A stretch of 64,000 nucleotides of DNA from the human T2T-CHM13v2.0 reference genome, Homo sapiens, in NCBI RefSeq assembly GCF_009914755.1, contig NC_060948.1, one strand, 5' to 3'. Positions 39,404-52,522 of the stretch are shown piece after piece. Made by a program: the position numbers and the translations under genes. The notes under the pieces were generated by a model, which was given only the letters and a program-made list of their open reading frames with translations, had not been told where the DNA came from and made no database searches. The number at the start of each line of letters is the position of its first letter. The first letter of the stretch is position 1.

Positions 39404-42400
39404 TAAATCACAGGCTAAAAAAGAGAGGCCAATCTCTTAGCAGCACTTTCATTAAAAAAAAAAAAAAAAAAAAAAAAAAGTGACCAGGTATATACAAGGA
39501 CATGGACTTGCATGTGCATGTGAAAGAGGTCAAGTTAGTCCAAAAAGCCAGTTGAGGCTAAAGAGAGAACAATATGTGCGATGGGAAAGAAAAATATTGA
39601 AAGAATAAATGTCCAGAAGGGAGTAAAAAATATAATAAGGACTGTTGTATAAAAAAGTCACCAGCTAAAGGCTGCCTCAATGTGGTAAAACCAAATACTA
39701 ATCTAAATAGGCTGGCTTGCACTAAAGGATATAGCAACTAGGAGAGACCAGGCTCCTTCTTACTACACTTCCACGAGCCCATGGTTACATTAAAAGTTGA
39801 AGGCCAGCTGACGGACTTTATGGTAATCACCAGGGGTACACATTCAATAGTCACTCAACCCATAGGGCCGTTATCCAAAAGCAATAAAATTATTATAAAA
39901 GCCATGGGAGTCACAGAGAAAAAGCTGTTCTGTCAGTCAAGGAGGTGTGTTATAAAAGGCCAAGAAATCCAACATGAATTCCTATACCTCCTGAATTGTC
40001 CAGTTCCTTTGCTAAGAAAAAAATTTACTCCAAAAACTGCAAGCACAAATTGCTTTTCATGTGCAAAAAGTATAACGTTAAATCTGACTCACCCAAAAAC
40101 CCTGGTGTTAACATTTATCATCCTGCAGGCTAAGAAATGGAAACTTTATACAAAGCAAGTGCAAGCAGCAGATTAGACATGCAGGTGCAATGAAAAAACC
40201 ATTCTCTCAGTTACTTAATACCACTCCTGGAGTATGGGCTAAAGACACCCCACCTGGGTTAGCTGTAAATCATGCACAGGTGGTAGTCCTGTTAAAACCA
40301 AAAGAAACTCTGACTTATGTTTGACAGTACCCAGTCCCCCGAGAGGCTATTCAAGGTGTCTGTAAACATTTAAACCCACTTTACCAACATGAAATCTTTG
40401 TTTGATGTCAATTGCCCTAGAACACTCCACTTTGGCCAATATGAAAACCATTGTCAGGACCAGGGTCTAATAAGTATAGACCAGTGTACGACCTGTGTGC
40501 CACAAACCGGGCCACAGTGACCATCCATCCAGTGGTACCAAATGCATGTATTTTAATAAATCTCATTCCAGCATTGCTACCTGATTTACAGTCCTAAACT
40601 TAAAGAATGTTTTCTGTTATATCTGCTTAGCCCAAGTTAATCAACCTATATTTGCCTTTCAATCAAACAAAAAAGCTATGCAACTCACCTGGACCAGGCT
40701 CTCACAAGTTCAAAGACTCACCCCCAATCTTTAGGGAAGCACTGACCTTAAAGCCTACAACCTGCCAAAGGATAACTGTGCCTTGTTGCAGTATGTAGAT
40801 GATCTTTCTTTAGTAGCACCAATCCAGGAGGGCTGTTATCAAGAAACCCAAGACCTCCTCTATCTCCTATGAAAAACAGGTTACAAATTATCTCAACAAA
40901 TGGCCCAATTTTTCATAAAAATTTCAAATATATAGGTTTCATTGTAAGCCACGTGGAATGCCACCTTGGCCATAAGTGGAAGCAGGCCATTTGTACACTC
41001 CCAACCCCAACCACTAGGCATTAAAGAAAACAAATTCTTAGAAGCAGAAAAATTCCACCATATCTAAATCCCAAATTTCTCACTGATGGCTAAGCCATCA
41101 TATAAAATTATGAAGGGGGAAAATAAAGAAACCCTCCTCTGGAAAAGGATCATACAGCAAAAAGCATTTAAACAAATTAAAAAAAAAAAAAAAGCCTTAA
41201 CTCAGGCCCCAGCGTTTGGACTGCCAAACATAACTAAGCCTTTCTTTCTATACATCCATAAGTGAAAAGAAATGGCTTCAGTGTTCTTAACCCAAATTAT
41301 AAAATTATAGCATTGTCCAGCGGCATACTTAACTAAACAATTAGACTCTGTGGCACTAGGATGGCCTCCTTGCCTTAAGGCATTAGCCACCACTGCCTTG
41401 CTAACACAAGAGGCTAACAAACTTAATTTGAGACAGCAGCTAACCGTCCAGGTGCCACACTCAGTCGAAACATCAATGAGCCAAAGAAGGTCCCACTGGT
41501 TATCAATTCTGAGAATAATGCAGTACCAAGGGCTTCTGTACGAAAACCCTTACATTACTTAAAAAGCAGTAAACCCCTTAAGCCCAACCACGCTGCTCCT
41601 AGTTGAACCTGAAGCTCCCCTCCATAACTGTGTCTAAAAAGTGGATGAAATATTTTCTGGAAAAGGAGACCTTACAGATCAACCCCTCAAAAACTCAGAT
41701 GTTTAATACTTCATAAATTAAAGTAGTTTTCAGCTAGAAAAATATCCAACAAGCAGGGTATGCAGTGGTAACATTAAACTCAATGGTAGAAGCTCAATCT
41801 CTGCCTACTGGAACATGAGCCCAAAAGGCAAAATCAATAGCCCTACCAAGTGCCCTTTTGCTACCAAAAGACAAAAAGCTGAATATTTATACAGACTCTA
41901 AATATACTTTTACAACACTACATGTTCATAGAAATGTGTATAAAAAGAAAATCTCTTAACAGCTGGAGGCAAAAAAATAAAGTACTAAGAAAAAATTCTA
42001 CAGCTCTTAACAGCTGTATAGGCTCCAGAAAAAGTAGTAATAATGCATTATTGGGGGCACCAAAATGCAGGGACATCAAAAGCCAAAGGAAATAGGAAAG
42101 TTAACAGGAAGGCAAAACAGGAAGAAATAATTATGCCATAATTTTTAAAAGAACCTTAAATATGCCTCTCATCCCAGAACCTCCACTCCAAAATATCCCA
42201 AGTTACACTCCAAATGAGAGGGCCTCGTTTATCAAAAAAACTAGAAAATATATTAACAAAAATTGATAAAAGTTGTATAACAGTAAATTAGCCATTGCGG
42301 AAATAATTTTTCAAGCAAATTATACAAAAAACTCATATGTGAAAAATGGCACTAAAAACTTACTGAAATGCCACTTCTGCATGCCAGAACTCACTGCCAT

Positions 42401-45400
42401 CATTCAAGGTGTTTGTGAACAAACTTAACTTATATCTGGGGACCCTGCCCCCAATATTTCAACATAGGTTCTTTTTATATTTCTAAGTGTTGGCCAGCCT
42501 GAGAAATAAAGAGAAAGAGTACAAAGAGAGGAATTTTACAGCTGGCCCACTGGGGATAACATCACATACAGGTAGGACCCTGATGCCCACCTGAGCCACA
42601 AAACCAGCAGGTTTTTCTAAGGACTTCACAAGGGGAGGCGGGTGTACAAACAGAGAGTAGGTCCCAAAGATCACACTCTTCAAAAAGCAATAGGAGAACA
42701 AAGATCACATTCTTCTGAGGCCAATAAAGACCACAAGGCAAAGGGCAAAGCAAGATTACAAGGCAAAAGGAAAAATTAGAATTACTGATGAGGGTCTATG
42801 TTCAGCTGTGCACTTATTGTCTTGATAAACATCTTAAACAACAGAAAACAGGGTTTAAGAGCAGAGAAATGGTCTGACCTCAAATTCACCAGGGTGGGGT
42901 TTTTCCCCACCCTAGTGAGCCTGAGGTTGCTGCAGGAGACCAGGGCGTATTTCAGTCCTCATCTCAACCGCATGAGACAGACACTCCCAGAGTGGCCATT
43001 TATAGACCTCCCCCCAGGAATGCAATTATTTTCCCAGAGGATCAATTATCAATATTCCTTGCTAGTAAAAGAATTTAGTGATATCTGTCATACCTGCACA
43101 TTTATAGTCCATTTATAGGCTCTCTGCAAGAAGAAAAATATGGCTCTTTTTGCCCAAGCCCACAGGCAGTCAGTCTTTATGGTTGTCTTCCCTTGTTCTC
43201 TAAAACTGCTGTTATTTGGTTCGTTTTCAAGGTGCACTGATTTCATCGTTTTCAAACACATATGTTACAATCAATTTATACAGTAGTGGTCCTGAGGTGA
43301 CATGCATTCTCAGCTTACGAAGAAAACAGGATTAAGAGACTAAAGTAAGACAGCTGTAAGGAATTATAAGAGTACTATTAGGGAACTGATAAATGTCGAT
43401 GAAATCTTCACAATTTATGTTCTTCTGTCGCAGCTCCAGCCAGTCCCTCCATTCAGGGTCCCTGAATTCCCGAAACAAACTTATGCTCAAAACAACCCAG
43501 GGCAAGGGCCTACCCAGCCCCCAGGGATCTAAAAAATAAAAGCTATGCCTTGTAAAAACTTACTTGTAAACTTCACAAAACTGTCCCATGTCAGGTGCTA
43601 TTGTTTTATACTAGCACTTATTTACACCTTTTCAACATAGGTTAAGGTTTTCCAATGAGGACTGAAAAGGCAAAAAAGTAGTTAAAATACTGTTTAAAAA
43701 CATTATCCCCAGGTTTAAACTGCCTCTAACTTTGAAGTCAAACAAGAGTTTAGCAATTATAGTTGAAATAATTTAAAATCTAGCAAAGTTGCATAAAATA
43801 AAATGAAAGTTACACACAGCCTACCAACAACAAAGTTAAAAAAAAAGAAAACCAAATGCATAAACAAATCACTGAAGCACTTACCAAAAGAAATTATCAC
43901 AAAAATCAACTATAATAAAATCAAATCCTGCCCATGGTGTTCATCCGAGTCAGGTGCACCCCCACTAAACAAACTAGGTATTCACCCTATAAAATTTTTT
44001 TCAATCAGCCACACCAAATCTTAGGTCAAATTAAAAGTAATCTCTGCAAACTAAGGAAATTAATCTTCAAAAAGCAAATGCAGGTTTTAAAAATAGCCAT
44101 GTGAAGTATTCAGCGTCAGGTACATTAAGAAATGCGTATTAGCCCGACAGGCCCAGCATGCTTCTTTAAACCTAACTACTCTCTTTGGGTTAAAAAATGA
44201 AACCCAACTTCTCTAGAACCCATAAGGGATGGGTCCCATTTTGTAATCTTATCCACTCCCACTGCTGTTAAAATTGCAGGAATCATGCCTTAATCGATCC
44301 ATCATGGTTTGCTGAAACAGGCAGCTAATCATGCAACAAGACAGAGTTGTCACTGAGAACAACAGCCCTGCTCTGGTCCCTCCAAAAGCCGACGAATCCA
44401 CACAAGACTAAAGATGAAGAAGAGGACAACAAGCCCAGCTCTAATCACACTCCAGAAGATAACTAGTCTACGCACAGCCAAAACTTAAAAACTCATCAGG
44501 CAAGTTAAATATAATTAAAAATCTTAAATCTAATTTTCACTGTAATACTAATTATTTTACTGTTATTCTGTCACTATACTCAACCTCCTCCCCTGGGTAT
44601 GAATCTCTTCTAACCACACTAAACATAAATATGCTACTCATTGCTTTGCTGTTATTTCCCCACTTAACCTTGATAAAAAAAAAAAGTACCCATAAAAGGA
44701 TTCCCAACTTCTACACATACTACATAGTCCAAAAACAATATGACCAGGCATACTGCTACTGAGTTAATAGCCCTAACTAAATATCAACCTTTGACCAAAG
44801 AAGAAAACATGCTTTCCCATAAAGAATAAAATAATACGAATGCCTTCTATTAAATTTCTCCTATAAATGGTATCAAAAAAAAATAGAAAAATGTGACAAG
44901 ACACGTATGACAAAGAAAAAAAAAAACAAGTATTTTCTCCATCTATCTAGCTCACTTCAAGGACAGTCATAAAATAACAGTGTCTAAAAAGTTGAGGCCA
45001 AGTGAATGGGTTGCAAATACCCCTTACTGGAGCAAAGTTGAAATTAAAAGCAAATTACTTTACTGTCTCTCCTTCTTCTGAAGCATTAATTATGACTATG
45101 TTTACCAATGCTTGTATTTAGTAAAATTTGTAGGTTCATTTTTCTTTCAACACAGCTGCAAAACCCAGCTATGCAAGGCAAGATGTTATGCAAAGTCAAA
45201 AGTTATGCTATAAATTACATAACCTTTCATTGTATAATCAACTGCTTTACTTCTGCTTCTGAAAGTTTGCTTATAAAGAGCCCTGCTCAGTCTTTATTCA
45301 ATACTCAGCCTTTTTGGTTATAAGTTCGCTGAGCTGGTGCACATAAATAAATCCCCCAGTTTCCCCACATCAACCTCTCTAGTCTGCTGTTTCCAGCAAC

Positions 45401-45401
45401 A
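36662..45401 (+). mobile_element. ERV3/HERV-R-like (class I) provirus in OFD1 intron 17, G-to-A hypermutated, env largely deleted
   Basis: LTRs 36662-37233 and 44892-45401 (TG..CA); 4-bp TSD ccag; tRNA-Arg-like PBS after the 5' LTR; gag ATG at 38013; protease ~39781; RT YVDD at 40792-40803; RNase H; IN; env signal peptide NMLLIALLLFP..HTT*S resembling ERV3 env (~44620-44750). Confidence 0.88.
42433..43477 (-). mobile_element. MER11 solo LTR (HERV-K11/HML-8) nested in the integrase region
   Basis: 1045 bp; ends cagggtccctgaattcccgaaaca, the reverse complement of the MER11 start; perfect 6-bp TSD aactta (42427-42432 and 43478-43483). Confidence 0.9.
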
Positions 45402-45420
45402 CCAGTCATGTTTCCAAAGC

Positions 45421-45706
45421 TTTTTCTTTTTTTGAGACAGAGTCTTGCCCTGTCACCCTGGCTTGAGTGTAGTCTCACCTTACTGCAGCCTCTGCCTCTT
45501 GGGTTCAAGCAATTCTCCTGCCTCACCCTATGAGTAACTGGGACTACAGACACGCACCACCATGCTCTGCTAATTTTTGTATTTTTAGTAGAGATGGGTT
45601 TTCACCATATTGGCCGGGATGGTCTCAGGCTCCTCACCTTGTGATCTTCCAGCCTCAGCTTCCCAAAGTGCTAGGATTACAGACATGATCCACCACACAT
45701 GGCCAG
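45421..45706 (-). mobile_element. AluS
   Basis: Reverse Alu dimer. Confidence 0.85.
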
Positions 45707-46172
45707 GTGTTTTTTTTTTTTTCTTTTTTTGTACTTGTGATAAGCCAAAAGGAAGGATAAAACATACACATATGCTGAGTAGGGCACTCTAATCACTCAA
45801 GTTTTTGCTATTGCCACCTCAGCTGGTTCATGCTGGTAATATGCAGAATTTTTTTAGAAATGTTTTATTACTATTGAAAAATGAAACTCCTCGGAATAAC
45901 ATTCAGAGTCCAACATTATTCTTCTTTAACAACTGTATTGCCTACTTCACAGCATAACATAGTTACAGGGAGTAACTGAGTAAACAGGTGTCAATTGCTG
46001 AGAAAAATACCTCATTGTGGTGGTGAGGTGGAGTTAATCTTTACAAAAAAAAAAGAGAAAAGGAATTTTTCAGAGCATTTTCTTGAGTAACAGAAGGACT
46101 TTTGCCACCTGACGCTCTTGGCTTTTCCATTACTAAAACATCACATTCTTGAATTTTATTCTTCCAATCTAG

Positions 46173-46273
46173 TCTTTCCCAGAGACAGATTGAACTTCAA
46201 GGTAAAAGTGAATTTTCAGATGCGGACAAGCTAACTTCTAAGGATTATGAGTAATTCGACTCATCTTTTAAAT
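46173..46273 (+). pseudogene. OFD1: OFD1 pseudo-exon 18
   Basis: 101 nt, LSQRQIELQGKSEFSDADKLTSKDYE*FDSSFK; ag and gtaag flanks. Confidence 0.9.
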
Positions 46274-47196
46274 GTAAGTTGCAACATAAATACCTGTTTT
46301 CATAAGTTGAAGATCTGGAAAGTTTCATTTTGGTGAAGCGTATCTATTGATATAAAAACAAAACAGCAGTTAGAAATTGGATCATTTTTATTCTGTGACA
46401 AAACTACAAATACAGCTATATCAGCTCATTTTTCTATCATGAAGTTTTTGTGATTGTGTCTGTTTACTTTTAAAGTATTTCAGCATGACTAATTTTAAAG
46501 TTTGAGCTAAGCTCATAAATACATTAACTTATAAGATTTAAAATAAGTGATTTTAAAATATGTATTTCTTCCTTTATATGGAATACAAGGATGTTATTTT
46601 TCTTTAAATTAACTGATTCTGTTGATTTCCTCAGATCCAGAAAACCTCATTTTTAGTGAAAGAGTGGAGATAAAAGAATATTAAGAGTCCAGAAACTGGT
46701 GTTCTGGCTGTGGCCCTGCCTTAGACTGTCTCACTTTGTAGTCACTTTGTAAGTGTAAAATAAGCATGTAGAGCATATCATCTCTGTGGTTCTTTCCAGC
46801 TTGAGAAATCTTTATATTTGTATGTAACCCATTGGTTAGTCTTGTAAAAGTCATCTTCAAATCTGGAAGTATAATATTTTGAAAAGTCAATGAGAGGGCT
46901 CCGTAAATTTCGTGAATATCTGTTAAAGTATTTGGGTGAAATCACTGACATTTCAAAAGAATTCAGATTATTGTCAACAAGCCATATGGATTCTTCACTG
47001 TCACTGGGTTGACTTTCTTGTTGGGAAATCTAGTTTTGTAAACAAAGTTAATTCTTTTAAGTACAAGAAGACTCTGACAAGCTAATACATTGGCAAGTGG
47101 TTATGTTTGGAAATTCACAAAATCCGCTCAGGAAAAAGTCCACCTAGTTACTTTGGCTGCAGTTCCCATGCTCCAGCCAGTTGCCCCCACATGGCA

Positions 47197-47279
47197 CTGT
47201 GGCCCTCCCACACTGTCATAAAGCCTGATATGCTATTCAAAACCCAACTGAAATGCCATATCCTCCTTATTTCTGAAGG
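47197..47279 (-). repeat. 83-bp inverted copy of 49558-49640
   Basis: 81/83 identity as reverse complement, counted by eye. Confidence 0.92.
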
Positions 47280-47330
47280 AGGTTATTGCTAAGGAACGAC
47301 TCATGGGAAAACCATTTGTGCCTCATGCAG

Positions 47331-47467
47331 ATGCAGGAAACGTGCCCGGGCATCTTGAAATGGATGAGTTCTCTTCTGGAGATATGTCTCATGTGTACGC
47401 ATATCTGGAGATATGCCTCTTGTGGGTGCTGCTGCAGCTGCTGTGCCCATCTCATATCAATACCCAA
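47331..47467 (+). pseudogene. OFD1: OFD1 pseudo-exon 19 with internal duplication
   Basis: AGNVPGHLEMDEFSSGDMSHV...AAAAAVPISYQYP; ctggagatatg block duplicated. Confidence 0.88.
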
Positions 47468-50400
47468 GTAAGTTATTTATTTTAACTAACAGTCTGCAGG
47501 GTCACATCTGTGTAATGTGTACTCTGTGAATTATTTCATGTATCACTGAAGGTCTTTTTGTAGGTGTAATCTAGTCAAAGTATTGGTGTGGGGTTTATAG
47601 TGTCGTTATGTCGTTAATGACGTTTCTGAAGTAACTTCTGTGTTATCTTGTAAAGACCATGCTGAGGAAAGCACACGTTGCAATGAAGGACTTCTCATTT
47701 TGGCTTCCGAGATGAGTTTCTTGAAAGTGTTTTCATTAACTATTCAGTGTCTAGCATACTAGGTAGACTTTTCCCCAAAACTCTTTGGCAAAAACTATTT
47801 CATGAAGGCCTTATCATCTTGAGAGATCATGATGAAACACTGAAATAATAGTTAACTCCCATTAGAGAACTTTATGTGATTGAAACATTTAAATATTATT
47901 TCTTTTTCCACCTATATGCTTCCTTCGTGTCTTAAGAAATTAGGGAAAATATTTGTATTTTAATTTTTGGAAAAGCTGTTACGCTGAGTTAACTTAACAC
48001 TGGAGAAAAACTGGCCATCAGACTTCTCTTGTCTGGCCCACTTTCTCAATCCAGTCTTCTTTCAGATTACCCACTTTCCTTGCTGGAGGTGCAGGGAGAC
48101 TGGAAGAGAGCTGTGGGAGCTTTGCACTTTGCTCTAGGGCTAAGCAAACAGCCAGGCTCTTTTGTTTTGGGATCAAAGTGTTTAATTCTCAAACACGAAA
48201 GAAAATTTCTCAAGTTAAACCACACTTTCTTCCCCACAAATATTGAAAATGCATCATCTTCAAAACATTTCCAAAACCTCTTGTTAGCAGTTTCTTGCTT
48301 ATAGTCATGGCACTCGAGAACATACAGAATTACTTAAAGAGGCAAGGGGTTTTGAGAAGTTGGACTTTGCTGATTCAAGAGTAAATCTGCTTTGGAGAGC
48401 ATTCAGAGAGATTTTATCTAAAGCCTATCTCTCCTTGGCACTTTCCTTGGGGCTGAATGCACAACAGTGAACCCAACCAAGCCCTTGTCTTCCTGAATTT
48501 CTAGTCACTGAGGCAGATTGCCAGGAAGACATTACCCAGGAGTGCAGAAGAAATGGGCTGCAGCTGATCATTAGGGAAGGTGGCCCCAAGAAGGAGTTTC
48601 TGACAGGCAGCCGTTTGTCCCAGGCCTGAGCAAGGGAATGAAAATAATGTGATAGAATAAAGAAAATCAACTGAGTAGTGAGGTGTTCTGCCTCTGAGAG
48701 AGAATGTACATTATCATACTAGCTTTAAAATTATTAAGGAGCATAGTGAGTAGCATTGTTGTTATTGAGAAATTTTTATATTCATCATTTCACCTCTTCA
48801 TCTGGGCACAGATGGAATGGAAAAGGCTGCAATTTGGTGTCTCTGATATGAGGTGCCCAATGAACATACTTTATTCCTTTGCCTTTGTGTCCACAGAGGT
48901 TTCTGTATTCCACCGTGCAGGTGCAAAACATACACCAGAGCAGAAAAGCAGTTTGTTCTTCCTCTTTGTTTCTAAATATAGAGGTGCTTAAACAACATCC
49001 CTATTTTGAGATTACTATTCCATAAAAGAAAACAATCTCATCTTAGAGTAACTTTCACTTCTTGTTCTAGCAAAGAGAAAGTTGCCTTTCTGCCTGCAGA
49101 AATTATCAAACGCCTCTTTTGTATTTTAATTTCATGAGAAGGATTGAGAAGAGATGGGGGGTGGAGAGAGAGGAAAAACTGTGTTGCTTCTCTCTTATTC
49201 ATGAAATTAACTCAGTCACTGCGGATGAGTTTAAAACAAGGCAGAGCAAGAAGGTTCAGAGTCCTCTGGTAAACCTATGAATTTTTCTTCGTATTAGCAT
49301 TTCTAGCTTTAAAAACATCGGTTATGTGTCAGAACTGTAAGAGAAAGGTCAGCATAATTGTTTCTGAGAATGATGTCTAATGAAACATTTGAGATGTAGG
49401 GATCTGTGCCAAGATGCAGAGAGAACAGACAATTTACTAAAATATGGGGCTTCACTGGAAAAAAATAGAAGTGGACAAAACAAGTATGTGTAGGTTTTCA
49501 ACAAGCAGGTGCAAGATATGGTGTAAGTAAGCTGCTGGAGTGGTTTGGTTACTTGTCCCTTCAGAAATAAGGAGGATATGGCATTTCAGTTGGGTTTTGA
49601 ATAGCATAACAGGCTTTATGACAGTGTGGGAGGGCCGCAGGCCGAGGAGACAGTAAAGGTGAATACCAAGCAAGGAAGACATAACCATGGCCAGGCCCCA
49701 GTGAGTGGGTTGAGACAGATGAAATATTTCTAGGTCAAAGCTGGTGGTGTTATAGGAAATCAATATGGAAAGATAAAGGCAGATTTTTGGAGCCCAGACT
49801 ACCATGGTGTTGAACTCTAACAGAGCAGAGACACTGCACAGAAGATACACACCTTCCCCTCAGGAAATTCCTGGTGCAAATGACCACAAGTTACTAGAAG
49901 GCAGAGACTGACTTCACGGAGAGTCTTGACTGGGTGGGCTCTTTAAGTATTCCAGGGAGATGGTGAGAAAGGCCCCTGGTGCAGCTGAATGACAGGGAAT
50001 GTGAACATGCCAGCACTGGTTGCTAGATGGATGGAGGATAGAAAGAGCATGAGAAAAACAAACAAACAAACAAACAAAAAAACTGGGATGATCCCACCCA
50101 GGACAAAGCTGGTGCTGTGAGGATTTCACATGTATATGGCAGGAAACTGTCAGAACTGTGGATGTGAGGGCAGGTAGAGAGACCAGCAGTAGAAGAAAAG
50201 ATACGGAAAGGATCCATATCTGAGTAATCGTGAAAAACCCAGGAAGGACTGCCGTCCATTTGGTGGAAGTGGGGAATGAAAAGTGAGTTGGCTAGAATGT
50301 CTGGGGGAGTGCAGGTGTGTGATGTCTGTTCTGTTTTTTCAGGGGAGAACAGACTTGAGCACCTTTATGAGAGTAAGAGTTATAAAACTGCTCTGTACAG

Positions 50401-50818
50401 AAATAGGGATCAGTGGCTCAGTCAGGATCCTAAAGTTAGGAGAGGGATTATAATCAAAGGCAGAGGCAGAAATGTAGGCTTTGCTTTGAAAAAGGGGAAG
50501 GAGATCCGTGTAAAGGACAAGAACTTGCGACATGGAGGGAGGATATGTCACTTGGAGTCGGTCATGATGAGGGTGACTACAAGTCACCCTGGGATGAGTA
50601 CAACTCATCTCAGCCAAGTGAAGTGGGATGCAGTGGCAAGGAGCGGGATTGGGGGCTTGAAGTCGATGAACATGGAACAGCGACTTGAAGTAGGTCACGT
50701 GTCAAACAAAAGCCAAGCAGAGTCTCCCCGGGTCTTGGCAAGGACTCCTGCAGACTGGTCTCACATTCATTTGAACAATCTGATACGGGCAGCTACTCTT
50801 TATTTTCTGAACTGTTAG

Positions 50819-50969
50819 GTATAGTTCAGAAACCAATTGAGGAACAAAAGCAAGAAGAAAAAATATGGCAACAGCAAGTGAAAGAACAAAGGCAGAGAAG
50901 AAAAACGGCAGAGTAACCTACATTTTAGCAAGGGAACAAAGGGAGCTAGAAAATCTAGATCACAAAAGG
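50819..50969 (+). pseudogene. OFD1: OFD1 pseudo-exon 20
   Basis: IVQKPIEEQKQEEKIWQQQVKEQRQR...LAREQRELENLDHKR; ag and gtaatg flanks. Confidence 0.9.
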
Positions 50970-52158
50970 GTAATGAGTTGCTTCTCTGTACAAGTTCCAG
51001 CATTGTACAGCTTTCATAAGTACGTTGAGGTCAGGGAAGGGAGTCAATTAGTGTCCAAAGTCAGAAGAGTGGCATGTGCCCTGAAAGGCACCCCTGTTCT
51101 CTTCTTGTCTTACAAGCAGTAAGAAAGGCTGCACAGAATATGGAGCTTAGGAGTTTCATAGTATATGACTGTTTTTGAAGGTAATTTTTGTGCATTCTAT
51201 TTGATCCTTAAATAAGTCTGTAAAAAATGTAGACTGTGCTTTGCTTCAGAATGTTGCTTTGAAAACAGACTTTAAAGAAGAGGCTGTCAATGTCAGCTAG
51301 CTGGCATCAGAAGACCCCAAGGGCGGACATGGCCGCCAGTCCAAGGCTGCTTCCAGGGGCATTTGGTGCCTCCCTTTTTCCGCAGGTTCTCTTCCCTTCT
51401 GGGTTCTCATTCTTGTCCTATCAGATGGATTACTCTGTCCACTTAACACAGTTGTTAAGTCTTGCTTGAATTACCATAACACATGGATGTTCCCTGGATT
51501 CCTGGTTAATTCAGATCTAAAGCATAGGACGCTTGAGGGAAATTCATCGCTCCCAGCATTTAGATGATCTATTTGTTTTCCAATGATGACAGCAATGACT
51601 TTCATTACAAAAACTTACTTCACTAGCATACATGCTGTGGGTGGGGGACACACAGGGCTTCTGTGGTTTATTTTAACTCCTTGGAACAGGAATCCACATC
51701 TGAGTAATCTTTCTCCTCCATTGAAGACAAAAAGGTGGAAAGCATAAAAAATCTAAATTTCACATGGAACCTTGAGTCATTTAAAGGTAATGCTGTTTTG
51801 AAAAAAATTATGGATTTTTTTTCTTAAGACAAAGTATTTAATAGGTTTTGGTTTATCAATGTTTGTAAAGGTAGGGTTTTTCATGTTTTTTAGGAACAAG
51901 AAAGAAAACAACTATTATCATATAACAAGTACATATGTACTGACATTAATATTTTATATAAGTCTGAAGTATCATGGTGTTAAATGCATACCTGATCGTT
52001 TATTTTGATGTGCTTGCTAAATTTTGTATTTATCAGTCACAACGTTTTTAGGCTTTTAAATGACATATATGTTTCAAAAATGGTTCTTAGAGAAACTTAT
52101 ATCATAAAATTAATACATACCAAATTTCAAAAATCTTCCCTTTCTGCCACATAATCAG

Positions 52159-52225
52159 AGCTCAAGAAAGGTGGTTCAGGAAGGCTCCCTATAGACATGC
52201 TTCAATCTACGGAAAAAGTTGAAAT
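52159..52225 (+). pseudogene. OFD1: OFD1 pseudo-exon 22
   Basis: SSRKVVQEGSL..LQSTEKVE; donor mutated. Confidence 0.85.
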
Positions 52226-52522
52226 GGACTTGGTTTCCCAACACTGTGTTTTATATGTGAACAGCTAATCGCTCATTGTGTCAGCTAAAGAAATGGATAG
52301 AAATTTGAGGTTGCCCGTAAGAAGTTATTGAATCAGTCAGAATTACTGACTATAAAAAGAATGGATTGATATTTTTAACGTGTGAAATTGTTCCTAATGT
52401 AATTTATAAGCTAGGCCAGAAACTCCCCAGGATATAAGTTGAAACCATTATAAAGATACCAGAAAAGTCCGACACAAATTTTCAAAATTTTTACCCTTTA
52501 ATTTTTCTCTTTCCTTTGTTAA

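Noticed and set aside
39369-39479. Poly(A) tails of retrotransposed inserts
   Set aside because: No upstream SINE, L1 or mRNA body and no TSD; the flanks are continuous gag
37395-41965. The two ERV3-like proviruses as a segmental duplication of each other
   Set aside because: Flanks are unrelated and divergence is high with different indels; independent insertions of related viruses fit better
50276-50818. 180-aa ORF and overlapping antisense 119-aa ORF as a novel gene
   Set aside because: They lie in OFD1 intron 19 in purine-rich, L2-like old repeat sequence, with no recognisable domain; probably chance ORFs
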